A stretch of 64,000 nt of DNA, from assembly GCA_051362555.1 (NCBI GenBank), contig CM120645.1, positions 8,928,001 through 8,992,000 of the forward strand. The letters are read 5' to 3'. This stretch comes from Lingula anatina (Eukaryota > Animalia > Brachiopoda). The notes under the pieces are model-generated. The model did no database searches. It was not told where the DNA came from and saw nothing but the letters and a program-made list of their open reading frames with translations. Both the position numbers and the translations under genes were made by a program. Below, piece by piece: positions 1-12,155 of this stretch; the first letter of the stretch is position 1; every line of letters begins with the position of its first letter.

Positions 1-1090
1 TTGCTCGAAACGAGACTGTACGACCTGATACCCATGCAGGTCACCAACAGCTGCAATGCTGATACGCAAAATACACGATTCATAGGTCTCATTCCCAATG
101 AAACTATGGTTCTACGTAGATCGATCCAACTCCGCAGGGCCTCTCACTGAATGCAATCAGTTTAACAGATTAGCACGCCTCTTCTTGTTTCCAGCGGACT
201 CGTATAATTACCAGTTTTTCCGTATTCGACTCGACGCCAGGGGAAATCAATGTGCAATCAGCGATCAATCTACGCAGAACGAGCTCTAAAGCACATATTT
301 GTAATTGGTGGATGACTAGTGAGGCCTACGTGAATAACCTTCTCTTTAAGGACGTCCGTGACAAAAATGTTTTTGTCAATTAAGTCAATGGGTTTTTCTC
401 CCCGAGGACCTGAATCGCATATCAAATAGGCAAGGTCGAGTCTTTTTCAAAGCGCTCATTTTGTCTGATAGCTCTGTAGCCTTGATATATGGCCCAGCTT
501 CTAGTTAATGTACGTGATCACAGCATGTCATGGGAATGTTAGTTGAGGTATCGTGTTTTTTACCTTTCAAAAGACAGGGTAATTTCAAATGACCGAAAGA
601 AAATATGTAAAATTATATGTGCTTTTTTCTTTTAATTTCACCTCGTTACCAACGGAAAATTCTCTAAGACGTAACGCAAATACTTAGTTTGTATGACCCA
701 TTTAGAAATTACGATTTCAATTAAAACGTCAATGGAATAACAATGACAATGATAACAATAGTAATAATAATAAATATTTGGATTATAATATACGGTATGT
801 ACAATGGATTTACGTATAGGGTATGTAGGCCTACTTGTAAGGATACACATATTAATGTATAATGGATGGTTAACAGATAGATTAATAAGCAAATACACCA
901 AACACCCTCACACTCACTGACGCACACACTCACGCAAGCACACATACATGCATACGTATATACTAAAAATATTAAAGATATAAAAAGCAAAGTCGAGTCT
1001 CTTTGAAAGCGCTTGACTAATAGCTTTGTAGATAACTGGATGACTAAGTGAATAAAAAAGACAGACAACGGAAAAGACACGGGTACGTAC

Positions 1091-4000
1091 TGTATGTAGT
1101 CTCCTTGATACCCTGTTGGAATAACCTGCTGGCCATACTTATGGTGCAATGTAGCATTCCGTAGGGCCACGTACGACAGCTGTATGTTGTAGTTGGTACT
1201 GTTACATGGCACGGTGCACCCGGAACAATGCTTCGAGAAGTCCTGGTTAATGATACCTGCAACATATATGCATGACTGTATCAACTTTTAATTAACTTTC
1301 TAGGAGGAAAAAGGGAACGAAAAGAATTAAAGAGAGAGGAGAACTGGAGAACTGGAGAAGCAAAAAAGCAAAGGAAGACGAATGGGTACATTGTGTTAGG
1401 TGTAGAGAAATGTAGAGAGCGAAATAATAAGTAATGTGTGGCAAATGATACAGATATAAAGCTTAGTATAGAAACGCCGATTGTTAAATTTATTTCTGTG
1501 TGTGTGTGTCGCGTCGTTTCTTTAATTTCAAACCTATAACATTGTAAAGTGACTTATTCTTATGGCGTTGTTAGAATTCCCTTGGCATCCAGCTAAAACA
1601 ACACCATAATATATTTCAAAGAATTAAAAGTGATGACAATCACGACTAAAATTGCGAAGTATCGTTTCGAAAGTTTCTCTGCCTTTACGCCCAGCTTTGA
1701 TCACTCTTCTATTATTAATATTATAATTATAAACTTCCATATATGCTGCTTCAGCTTATCAATGAGATAATTGGAGTTGATTTTTAAAATTATCATTAAT
1801 TAAACTCATACAAAGATCGTATTAGTAACTTTAATCAACTCACGCATTTGTTCTCGTACACACTCGTGTATTATCTGCGGGCTGCATACGGGATGGGAAC
1901 CTGGAACAATTAACCAACAGTATAATAATCATATCGAGCTGCTAGTCAAATACATATTAAGAAATGAAACTGATGTTTCCAATTCTCTGTATGCTGAGAT
2001 ACTACTTGTGAAAGAAATTTATATCTTAACAGTAATTTTCAAAGTAGAGAATTTAGCAGGAGTACAGTAGCAAGAAATGCAAAGCATAAAGCACTGGCTA
2101 CGACCATTCAACGACGACGGTGGTACGTATGCATTTTAACATAGACATCCACGATTTTGGTCAAATAAGCTGCGCTTCACAAATAATATAAAAGGCCGCT
2201 TGCCTAGTTTTAAGGGATTTCCATCCATCACACGCTATACTTTTAAGTATAAATCAAAATTTACATTGGTCCAAGCATTTCTGAAAAGCTCGTACACCAT
2301 TACTGTTAAGTCATTCACGTAATTGGCTTTACGATTAAGGCAGATTGTGATCTCAGCTAAAACCTTAAGACATGTTTTTTAACAGACCCTTGGAAAGTAA
2401 AGGCCTACCTGGGTATTCTAAAGGTTTGCAGCCGCACTTTTCCACAGTCTTCTGAAGTTTACATTCAATGATACACCCAGAGAACGTGTACTTGGGGTAA
2501 TGATCCAGACGCAGAGATTTGTTACACTTCCCCCAAGGCGGCTCAATATTGACAGTCTGTAAGGATTAAAATGACCATCATTTAAAAACTATGTAAAGTA
2601 ATATTTTATCAAATTCCTTAAATTTTTTTTCTAAAATAGTTTTTTTTTAAATATCTACACCAAATACAGTTCCTCGAATAATCTATATACAATGAAAATG
2701 CCATGCAATCTGAATTCGTATCGATAGCCATAAAGTTATGTTTGATAGAACTAAGGGTTCATGCATTGTTTATCATGTGCCACTGTTTTATTAACTCCAG
2801 TTTATTTTGAGTTTATTTTGATAATTGTCGCTGTTATTTGCTGTAACATCATTATTACTATTATATTTTGCAAATGCCTCATTTGTTTTATTTGTGGTGT
2901 ATAGACATATGCCAAATATTAGAATATAGAAATTGTTTCAGACCAAGAGCATCAGCTTACCTGAAATCTTTTCAACCCGGCAAAGACGTGGAATCCCGGA
3001 GAAACCCCCAAACCTCTCGTCTCCATCAGCGGCGGCTCATACTGGGAATGGACTTGGAATACAATCCCGATTTGTTCCGTTTCGTCGGGAACATCGTCCA
3101 AATACTCGTGCTTTAAGTGACAAAAAAAAAAAAAAAAAAAAAGGATAAACCAGTATTGATAAGAGGTTACGCGAAATAGGTGATATCAATATAAATGTTT
3201 ATATGAGGCATTTCTTTTGCTCTTTGATTTGGTTTTAATTATGGGATGGGGTCAACTTATTCAAAAATTATTCCCAATATTATGACATATAATTTTGTGA
3301 GGGGTCTTGCCACGTGTTGTAAAAGCATCAGAATTAATGCTCAAGTTGATAAAGTAGTGTCAGTTGCTGGAAGGTTCGATGACCTAAATAATATGAAACA
3401 TTTATGGCACTCGAAACCTTGTAAAATATCACAAGTAAATAAACTTGGGTTATATAATAGTTGACACAGAATCGAATAGTTACTATACGAACGCATCTTT
3501 AAATCTGAAGCTACTCGCAAATACAGCTTGGTTGAGCAATAGGGGGCAGGTGGACTCCATGATATTTTTGTCAATTAACCGAACTGGTCGAACGTGCAGG
3601 ACGCATCAGGTGCTAGATGCTCGATGAATATATTGCACAAACCATTGAAAGTCTCACACCTGTTCTATATTGAGAACCAAATGCAGGCCGTTGCCCAGTC
3701 CCGGTTGGTCCTGATATCTCGATCTCTTCGCGTTGAGTTCGCCGTTGAAGGTATAACAGTTCCCATAGGAAGAAAAAACATGTTGGAAATCCTTTTCAAG
3801 GTCACACGACCTTCCCTTAAACTCACATTTCAGTACAGTTTCATTGGTTAATTGCCAGCCCTTTTCCATGCTGAAGTTCCCAAAATCGAATCCGTTTGGA
3901 TACAGTTCTGATATATTCGCCCACATTCCAGCCAATAAATCAGATACAGCGTCGGTTTCGCCTGATCCAGACTCCCCAGAGGAGCTTCCAGTAGAACCGT

Positions 4001-5107
4001 ATGGCCCAGTTGCGCCCGTAGATCCGGTCGAGCCCGTAGATCCGGTGTATCCCGACGGCCCGGGATAGCCCGAAGATCCGGTAGAGCCCGAAGATCCGTA
4101 ATATCTCGAAGGCACGGGATAGCCCGATGATCCAGTAGATCCCGAAGACCCAGTAGAGCCCGAAGATCCGTCATAGCCCGCAGGGACGGGATAGCCCGAT
4201 GATCCAGTCGATCCCGAAGACCCAGTAGAGCCCGAAGATCCGTCATAGCCCGAAGGCCCGGGATAGCCCGATGATCCAGTAGATCCCGAAGACCCAGTAG
4301 AGCCCGAAGATCCGTCATAGCCAGAATATCCTGAATAACTCGAATACCCAGAACCTGAATGGCCTGAGTATCCGTAGTAATGGTGTGGATAATCGTAGTA
4401 ATTGTATGGATTACCGTAGGAGTAGTGATAACCATAGCTATTGTAATAGTTGTCGTAGTAATCCGATGTCGCACTTGCCGCTTGTATGACGTAATAGTCG
4501 TCTGATGTCAGGAATTTCTTCATGTACCTTTACAGATTGAAACATAATTCAAATTCTGTTTATCATCACAAAGATGAAAGGAAATGAGTTTTGACGGCGT
4601 TACATATGATTTACAACCGCCCGGGTAAAAAACGAACTAATACTCAAGTCAGCAGCTGTCTTTACTTTATTTCGGCTGCCAATGTTGTTTACTGCATTGT
4701 TTAGAAATATATATTTCTGTAACTATGTATATACGACAAATGATTCATGTGAAACATATACATCGTGTCTGCCTTAAAATACACATTAAAACGTATTTTA
4801 AAATTAATATCAACTTTGTGGGAGGTCTCTATTATATGAACACTGACCTGTTGAAGTTACATATGGTAACCGCCGGGAACGCCAGTCTGGGTTCAAAGGT
4901 GATTTTTATTTCCGTGGATGTGGAGTAGTTAAAGTAGTTAATAAAGCGCAGGGTGATCATCCACGTGGCCATCCCCAATCCCGCCAATATGAACACTACC
5001 CAGGCTATCCTTCTAGAGATGCTTTTAGACGCCGCTGCCCTGGAAAAGCCGTGGGCAGTGGTGCTGGTGGCGAATTCCTTCTCAAGGCTTTCGTCCATTG
5101 ATACTGT
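1091..5107 (-). CDS. DEG/ENaC (acid-sensing ion channel-like) sodium channel subunit; 3' exons (TM2) lie outside the window
   Basis: Exons 5107-4848, 4527-3660, 3110-2961, 2556-2409, 1900-1844, 1256-1091 with GT-AG boundaries and compatible phases. Family motifs: STTAHG (HG motif), TM1 (IAWVVFILAGLGMATWMI), FPAVTICNFN, YGNCYTFN, GLHLVLNIEQ, VHSQYEPP, PPWGKC, Cys-rich thumb (YTFSGCIIEC...CGC...C...C), CTVPCNSTNY. No TM2/GAS motif found in 1-1090. Confidence 0.93.
3981..4331 (-). repeat. Coding 72-bp tandem repeat / Gly-X-Y tract within the DEG/ENaC ectodomain exon
   Basis: Unit ggatagcccgatgatccagt... recurs at about 4117, 4189, 4261 (72-bp period); translates as GYDGSSGSTGSSGSTGSSGYP(G/V)P(S/A). 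Confidence 0.92.
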
Positions 5108-5587
5108 CTGGAAAAGGTTAAAACAGTTAGATGGATATTCAGAGAATGAAATTAATTCTGTTGGTGAAGAAGTGAAGAAATTTGCTAAATGATCAGGAAA
5201 TGGCTGTGTTTAATTTATATTTATTGAATTTGCCTGGGGAATCCGTTTGAAGGCTAAGGTTATATTAATTGCATTATTTATATTGCCTGGGCTTAGACCC
5301 GATGCAGATCAACTTCTATATTGCTTAACATTTAGAGTTGGGGCACGCGGATTGAGGCCGTCTTCTGGAAGACGGTCAGATATTCAAGTTTACATTGACG
5401 GGTATCTATTTTTTTCTGCTGGAAGAAGGTCAAAATGGAGGATTAATCAAAAAAGATAATTTGGAAGACTGTCAGACAATATCTCTGGATCCGCCCCTGC
5501 AAGCGGCTTATCAAACTCTCATTCAGCGATTGGTTGCTTCGAAGTTCTAAGTTTACGTGGACTAACTCTGAATGTCGGAATGGATTA

Positions 5588-5669
5588 CTTAACCATTGGA
5601 TAGCACGGGGAAACCGTAGTTTACCCTAGGAAAATCCGTTATTTATCAAACCGAACAGTTGTTATCCCT
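5588..5669. mobile_element. MITE family A 3' fragment
   Basis: ttaaccattgg...ggaaaatcc...gaacagttgttatccctttaa matches the right end of family A. Confidence 0.6.
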
Positions 5670-5740
5670 TTAAATATACACGAAGTTACCATTTCAGCAA
5701 TTACAATTCAAATTTCATATCTATATTTGAGGCTACTCAC

Positions 5741-5797
5741 TTTTTTATATTCCTTGGCACACCTCATATCCCATTTTAAATCCCATTTTAACAGAGT
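5741..5797 (-). CDS. Probable upstream coding exon of the DEG/ENaC gene (TLLKWDLKWDMRCAKEYKK)
   Basis: Acceptor ttttttcaacag, donor gtgagt; 57 nt, phase 0-0, open and in frame with the exon starting at 5107; contains an in-frame ATG at 5767. Confidence 0.55.
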
Positions 5798-7843
5798 CTG
5801 TTGAAAAAACTGCCGGTGGACAACACATCTTACAAAGGTTTATCTGAATTGTTAATGGCCTTAAGTTAACACCGTCAATTAAAACTTTCTAAGTAGCGCG
5901 CTTGTTATTGTTTACAACACGAATTATTTTTGCACCGCTACCCCAGTTTAAATTATGCATACGAATAAAATGTCGCCACTTTCTCAGGACAAAGCAGTAT
6001 AGTCGATGCAGTACTTGGAGCGTGAAATGACGGACAGCAACTTAACGATTACGTCTACATACATTTACACAGCGAACGTAACATTTTTAAACGTCAAGAC
6101 GGACACAATGACAAGATCAATGTTTCTTAAGTTATCGGCCTAATACCAATCGACGTTGTCTTAAGACCAAAATGGCCTGTTGCATATACCAGGGTCTCCC
6201 ATTTAAGAAACGGATCTTCCCGATTTGATTACGTGTTAATAATTCTGTCGGGATTTATTTCATTTCAGTTCCCATCACATGTATTATTAAATTTCAGCTC
6301 AAGTGACGGACGCAACGCTAACAATCACGGCAACACATGCGATGCGTGAGAGAAAAGAGGTTTTAGCAATGCGTGTCATTATCGCAGGAATCGTGATTTG
6401 CTTTGCCTATTTCGTAACTGCCGTACAACAAAAAGTGTCGGCTTTCAGGGGCTTCCAAAGTAGTTCCAATCCTAACAACACGATACAACGTTACATTAAT
6501 AATTAATTTGCTCTATATCATACAGGAACACAGAAAAGCTTTTATTCCATCTTGTAAGTGACCCTAACATGTTTTTGCGACAAAAATATCACATTGACGA
6601 AAGTTATTCGAATAAAGATAAATTAATCAATAAATAAATAGAGAACGTCTCTTTAAAGCGTTATTTCTATTTTAAACGGTCCGTGGGTGATTGGTTTTAA
6701 CTTGATCCCTGCTCACGCGTTCAGCATTATTGTCTGTTAGTGATATTGGAAAATTTTATGTTCTGTATTCATTATGCTGCTAAGTTATCTGACTCTCTTC
6801 CGTTATTTAACTTTGGGCGTTTTACTTCTAAACAAAGTAAGGGAATATTATAGGCCTATTGCTATGCCCCCACCCCCAACACACACATACACGCATGCAT
6901 ACTGGTACACTCACATTTTAATCACATGTACATTTAGACTGAATTTCACATTCAAAGGGGGCATCCTGCAAACTCAAAGTAATGAAATGCTGGTCAGGTG
7001 AATATTTTACTCCATGCAGAAGGGTCTTCTTCCAGCTGTCCTTTTCATTTTAACATTAGCATTGTCTAAATAGCGGAGGACCCTACAATGTATGTATCTA
7101 TTTTAACATAGACCAAGGACATGTTTTGCTAAAGGACAAGAGTATGTGTATTTGCTATTTATCATCTAAGGTGATCGCTGGCTAGTTGCAGGTCAGGTTA
7201 TTGCCCCCTCCCTTCAAGTATTCCCTTGGAAGTGCATCCAAAGGAGCGTCGTTTATCCGTGGCCCAAGCCATCCACGCTTAACGGCACAGACTAAAAAGA
7301 GATAATCGAGCTTTAAAATGTCACTGCGAAACTAAAGGTTATGCTTCCTCCGCATTAGCACATTTTAAAGGAAATGTTTTCTGACTACCGGAAGGTGTTT
7401 GAGAGCCATTTCGTTGTCAATGCATATTGGGTAGAGGAAATGCCACTCTACAAAGTCGTTCAAGGATCTGTCCATACCCTGTCCTTGTATAACGTTGACC
7501 GAAAGCTTAACAACAGATGACAAATGTTTTGCAGCATAAACAAGCCTTATACATTGGAATGAAACAGGCTCCGGTTTTACAAAAGAACTTTGAATTGCAG
7601 TCGGTTTTCACTTTATAAGATTGGATATATTATTTCGATTTAGAATAAATCTCTAGTGATGAATAAGGAAAAAACAGCTACAAGCTGTTTCTTACCTGTT
7701 TATTGCTTTATTGTTCTTATTCTGGTGAACAATTTCCTGGTCATTTAACGTATTCAGAGTTCTTAACTTTCAGGTTGTACTGAACCCTTAAAATATGAAA
7801 TGGTCTCCTGTATTTTTGTACTTGTATTAAGATGGGTCTTTAT

Positions 7844-8198
7844 AGGAATAACAGCTCTTCGTATGAGATTCATATCTCAAAATAAATACATTGTAAACAA
7901 CTCACAGAAATATAATAATTTCTGTTTTACCACCAAAACGGCGGTTATCGCAGTTATTCTAGAATCTGTGCTTGCCATCTGACCGCGTGACCTCCTTAGT
8001 TGGTAAAACATCCGTAATAATCGCTTATGAGATTGCTAATCTCCTATGAGATTATTACAACAAGAAAGCTTTTTAGAAAGAAAAAAACAAACATGGACAC
8101 ACTTTGTCAAAATTGATTCATTAACCATTGGTTAATGTGGAAAAATAACCCGGGAAATCCATTTCAATTTTTGGTCAAAATGAACAGTTGTTATCCCT
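7844..8198. mobile_element. MITE family A copy
   Basis: Aligns along its length with 26176-26513 (ctcttcgtatgagat...gattcattaaccattgg...gttatccctttaa). Confidence 0.8.
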
Positions 8199-8520
8199 TT
8201 AATATGTTCAGATGTAACAGCACGGAAAGTTACATTTTTCATACAGGCCTTTATTCAGTTTATTATAAGAATATTGCATACCCGTCATTGATAGATATGA
8301 CAAAATTTAATAAAGAAGTCACGCTTTTAATTATTATTTATAAACTGTAAAATATTTTAGATCATTTTAATATATTCAGATGCAACGTCATGACAAGTTG
8401 CATGTTACATGCAATATATTATAAATATACCTGCCTGTAACTGATGGAAAAGATCGAGTGATAGCAAAGTTAGGTTATAAATGATTATTACAAATGTAGA
8501 TATGTTGTACCGTAAAAGAG

Positions 8521-8524
<4 letters not shown>

Positions 8525-8562
<38 letters not shown>
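8525..8562. repeat. (GA)n microsatellite
   Basis: Directly visible. Similar tracts: 49333-49370 (CT)n, 53499-53553 (CT)n(CCCT)n, 48612-48668 (CA)n(CG)n, 61886-61915 (TG)n. Confidence 0.9.
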
Positions 8563-8797
8563 GGAGAATTTAGTCAACCAGAGCCGGGGTTTACAAAACG
8601 AATCTTCCCAATTTGATTTAAGCTGTAAAAACTTCATTTACATGTACTCACACACACAGCTATACTAAAACTATGTAGAGATGTGTTAAAGTGTGTATTA
8701 CTTTGCTTATTGGAGAGAAACCGCATCATCGAGTCCAAAGAACCCGAATGACCTTCAAGGCAGGTTATTACAAGGTTTTACAGGTAAGACCAAGACT

Positions 8798-9013
8798 CCG
8801 TTCACATGAAAAATCTATTCTCTAAAAATCTATTTTCTATTCGCGGTATCTTATGATCACTCCGAGCGCAGCCGAGAATTAATTACAGCTTTGGAAGTAA
8901 CTGGCTCACGCTGCCAGTAATTAAGCCGCGGGGTATTCAGGGCACAGACCGTGATCACAAGATACCGCGAATAGAAAATAGATTTTTTGAAAATAGACTT
9001 GTCATGTGAACGG
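8798..9013. mobile_element. Hairpin MITE with about 63-bp TIRs (Harbinger/Tourist-like)
   Basis: ccgttcacatgaaaaatctatt...ctattcgcggtatcttatgatcac versus gtgatcacaagataccgcgaatagaaaatagatttt...catgtgaacgg. Confidence 0.8.
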
Positions 9014-9155
9014 TCCCCAACTGTAGATTTTTTCTGTGAAACTTCGAGTAGTTCCTGGAAGCGGAATATGGTCCATGTGTACCCAAAATAAGGTTCTTTA
9101 TAAACGTACCGTGTACATGTACTTTTATGCACTGTGCATCAACTAAATGAATTAA

Positions 9156-9526
9156 AGATAATACAAAGTCAATTTTTTGTCATAAAAACCAACCACATGC
9201 CAGCATATAGTTTCAAGTAGTATAACTAAGAGAATTACCAAAAGGCATTGTTTAATTTTACCGGAAAGTGATGTTTGAACAGATTTTTCTGCTAGCATTT
9301 TATGCTGAATGTTAATGGGGCAGAAAAGTAGGTCACGAAAGTAGGTTAAATTGACAACCAAAATTTTAAAGAAAGAGCACTCTAAAGCTCTTTTATTGCT
9401 GATCGGGTGATTTATTCAGTTTATCCCTTGGCATGTCGAATTTATTAGAGTCGTATAAGAAACTAGTAGAAGTGGTTTACATGTGTTACTGGGAATCCAC
9501 GCTCCACCGATGCTCGGTTCGTACCT
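9156..9526 (-). mobile_element. MITE family B copy (reverse orientation)
   Basis: Reverse complement of 46159-46538 (the ORF track shows near-identical spurious translations at 9152-9361 and 46328-46651); ttaa on both sides. Confidence 0.82.
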
Positions 9527-10148
9527 TTAATCTTTAACCGTTTCAGGTACCCAGTAGTTAGGCAGTAACCCGGTGCAACAACGCAGTTTTCGCACTGTGT
9601 TCTCTATCACATATATCTTTGGGATTTTTTTTACAACAAAATGCACTGTCAGTTGAAATGTGCTTATAAAACTCATTCTGATATCATTTAAAACTAATTT
9701 AGAATATATATGCATTATATACAAGTAAGTCACAATATCGGAAATTTACATGCTCATGGAAATAAATGTGATTCAAAGCCTTCATAATGTTAAAAATGAA
9801 ACCACAAACTTTCCACTCACAGACTCAAATATCTGGATGCCTGTCCAATCAAATAAAAAGTTAATTCATTTATGATTAATAATTTAGTTATCATAACAAT
9901 CCAAGGCATGCCATTGAAAAGACTGGAACAGCCTTCTAGTAATGCGCCCTTCATTATCATCAACAGCCATGATAACTGACACGGATTTGCTTCCAAGTAT
10001 TTCCAGCTTTGTTGTGCTCACAAATATAATATGGCTGCAAGAACGGTTTTATTTTATTTACTTTCTTATTAACATTATTATTTTCATTATTATTACTATT
10101 ATCACCATTATAATTGCTTTGATTAGTGACTTAAACAAGTGTGGTGTT

Positions 10149-10190
10149 TGTGTGTGTGTGCGTGCGTGCGTGTGTGTGTGTGTGTGTGTA

Positions 10191-10244
<54 letters not shown>

Positions 10245-10274
10245 TAGAGAGAGAGAGATGATGATGATGATGAT
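10149..10274. repeat. Compound microsatellite (GT)n(GA)n(GAT)n
   Basis: Directly visible. Confidence 0.95.
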
Positions 10275-10296
10275 AAATGGCAAATGACAACTTCAC

Positions 10297-10380
10297 CTCG
10301 CTCTTCTGGACGATCGGTCTGTTAGCAACTTCCACCATTGGTCCGATCATGATAGTCTTTTTATTGCGATCCTTCTCCAT
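10297..10380 (-). CDS. Possible first coding exon of the DEG/ENaC gene (MEKDRNKKTIMIGPMVEVANRPIVQKSE)
   Basis: ATG in aaaATGg context, 28 codons then GAG|gtgaag donor in phase 0, compatible with the 5797 or 5107 acceptors; E-box (TCACGTGA, 10441) upstream. No homology evidence. Confidence 0.4.
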
Positions 10381-10851
10381 TTTCTGGAAAGTTTAGCTAC
10401 CGTCTCTGGAAAACATTGGGCGCTGTCCGACGCGCAAACGTCACGTGATTTTTACATTAGGCAAACCGAACAAAGATCTGTCATCGCGTGTACATGCGAT
10501 TCTATAAATAAAATGTACACCGTTTTAACAGTAGTGTCACAGAATCATCATTATTGATTACCATTTATCCCATACATGTAAGTGGCAAAGCATTATTACG
10601 GGCGTATGATCGAACTGTTTAACAATGAAGGTGGGCTAATTATCTCAGGGGATTGGATGATTGAATATCTCTCAGCATTGAGCTACATACAAATATTATA
10701 CCTTACATTTGCTTTTAACGGATAGCATAGCGATGAAGTCAAGCCATCAAATTTTTATAGCAAAATAGAGGACCACGATGATGCCTGACGGGCACTTAAT
10801 GAACAATCAATAATGTTCAATCATTTTAAACAGCTGAGATCTTTCGTCTTT

Positions 10852-10852
<1 letters not shown>

Positions 10853-10898
<46 letters not shown>
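10853..10898. repeat. Poly(T) tract
   Basis: About 46 T. Confidence 0.9.
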
Positions 10899-10903
<5 letters not shown>

Positions 10904-12155
10904 GAAAATGCGGTGATGAGATTATAATTACAATATTATGCTAGGTCCTTCAGATATTAAATTGCAAGTACAACATTGATCAATTTGCACGAAAACTTTG
11001 CTTCTAGCTCTTATTTGTATAGGAAGCCATTTCCAAAAGTAGAACATCTCTGCACATCCACGTTGTGATATATGGGCCACCTTTCTAGATGACAGTAATT
11101 TGAGAAAGCACAACTGATAGCGTTTTGTTCGGATGTCTGATGACGTCAGCAAGGGTGTCGCACTGAAAACGATGACAATAATGAATCATCCGTTGAACTG
11201 CGCGCTCGCAACAACTAGGAAACCAATGCAAAACAAGATAATTGGCCGGGCATCACACAGCCAATGACCTTTAGCTTCACTTGACGAGACAGCAAAATCG
11301 ATAACTCACCAAATCTTACTCAAGCAACTCCAAACGAGGCGACATTAGTTGGTGTGACTTCAGAAAAACCCTAGCAGCTAGAGTCGTTACAACAACTCCC
11401 AAGTTTTGTTTTCATAAACTTAATTTTTTCAATCATGATCAGTTTTTTAGATACCCGCCAACAATTTGGAACCTAAATGCGTTATTCTTACATGCTGGAC
11501 AGACAATGGCCCCACTTCCGCCAGCGTCACCAGTGACGTCACGAGCGTCAGCACTGTTGTACTCATTTCTTAAAGTAAAAAAAAAAAAAAAAAGGAAACG
11601 ACTAGTAAAGGTTATATTAAGTTTGTGTACAAAAGACTGTGATTTTTTTATTATGCAGATAAATACCTCTAATAATCGAATAGCACCATAAAATAATATC
11701 TTACAGATAATGTTTGACAAAATAAAAAAAAAATGCCTTGCTATGGCACTTTAAAATGTCTCACAGAGATTTAAATGCCCTGTGCCTAGCATCAGCAAGC
11801 TTTTATATTTGTTAATATTAACTTCTTAAAAAAGACCTCATAATTGTAATACATTTAGAGGGACCTTAAATGAACATATTTTTAAAATTTGAAAAGTCTT
11901 TGATACGTTCATAACACTAAGAATACCAAATTCTCATAATGACATGCATGTTGTGTTAATATTTTACACTCTCGTTTGTGAGCAAGTTGAATTCTAAAAA
12001 TAACCCATCAAACTGCTCTAAAATTGATATGTCTAATGGCTATTTACAAATGATACATGATAATAAAAATAATGTAATAGCAAATAATTGCTAGTTTTTG
12101 CTACAGAAGATGGAAAACCAAATTCGGACCCAACATCCATTCCAGACAGCTAATT

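Noticed and set aside
431-1035. Similar short segments at about 436-480 and 992-1030 (gtcgagtct.tttgaaagcgct) as missing channel exons
   Set aside because: No DEG/ENaC-like translation in the frames I checked; more likely fragments of a small repeat.
638-1090. ORF 721-1284 read-through as the channel's TM2/C-terminus
   Set aside because: A good donor follows 1091; the downstream translation is low-complexity intron sequence with no GxS selectivity motif.
3848-4474. Alternative-frame 208-aa ORF and antisense ORF over the channel repeat
   Set aside because: By-products of the stop-poor 72-bp coding repeat.
9152-9361. Near-identical ORFs at 9152-9361 and 46328-46651 suggesting a small gene family
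   Set aside because: Both lie within MITE family B copies; no recognisable protein.
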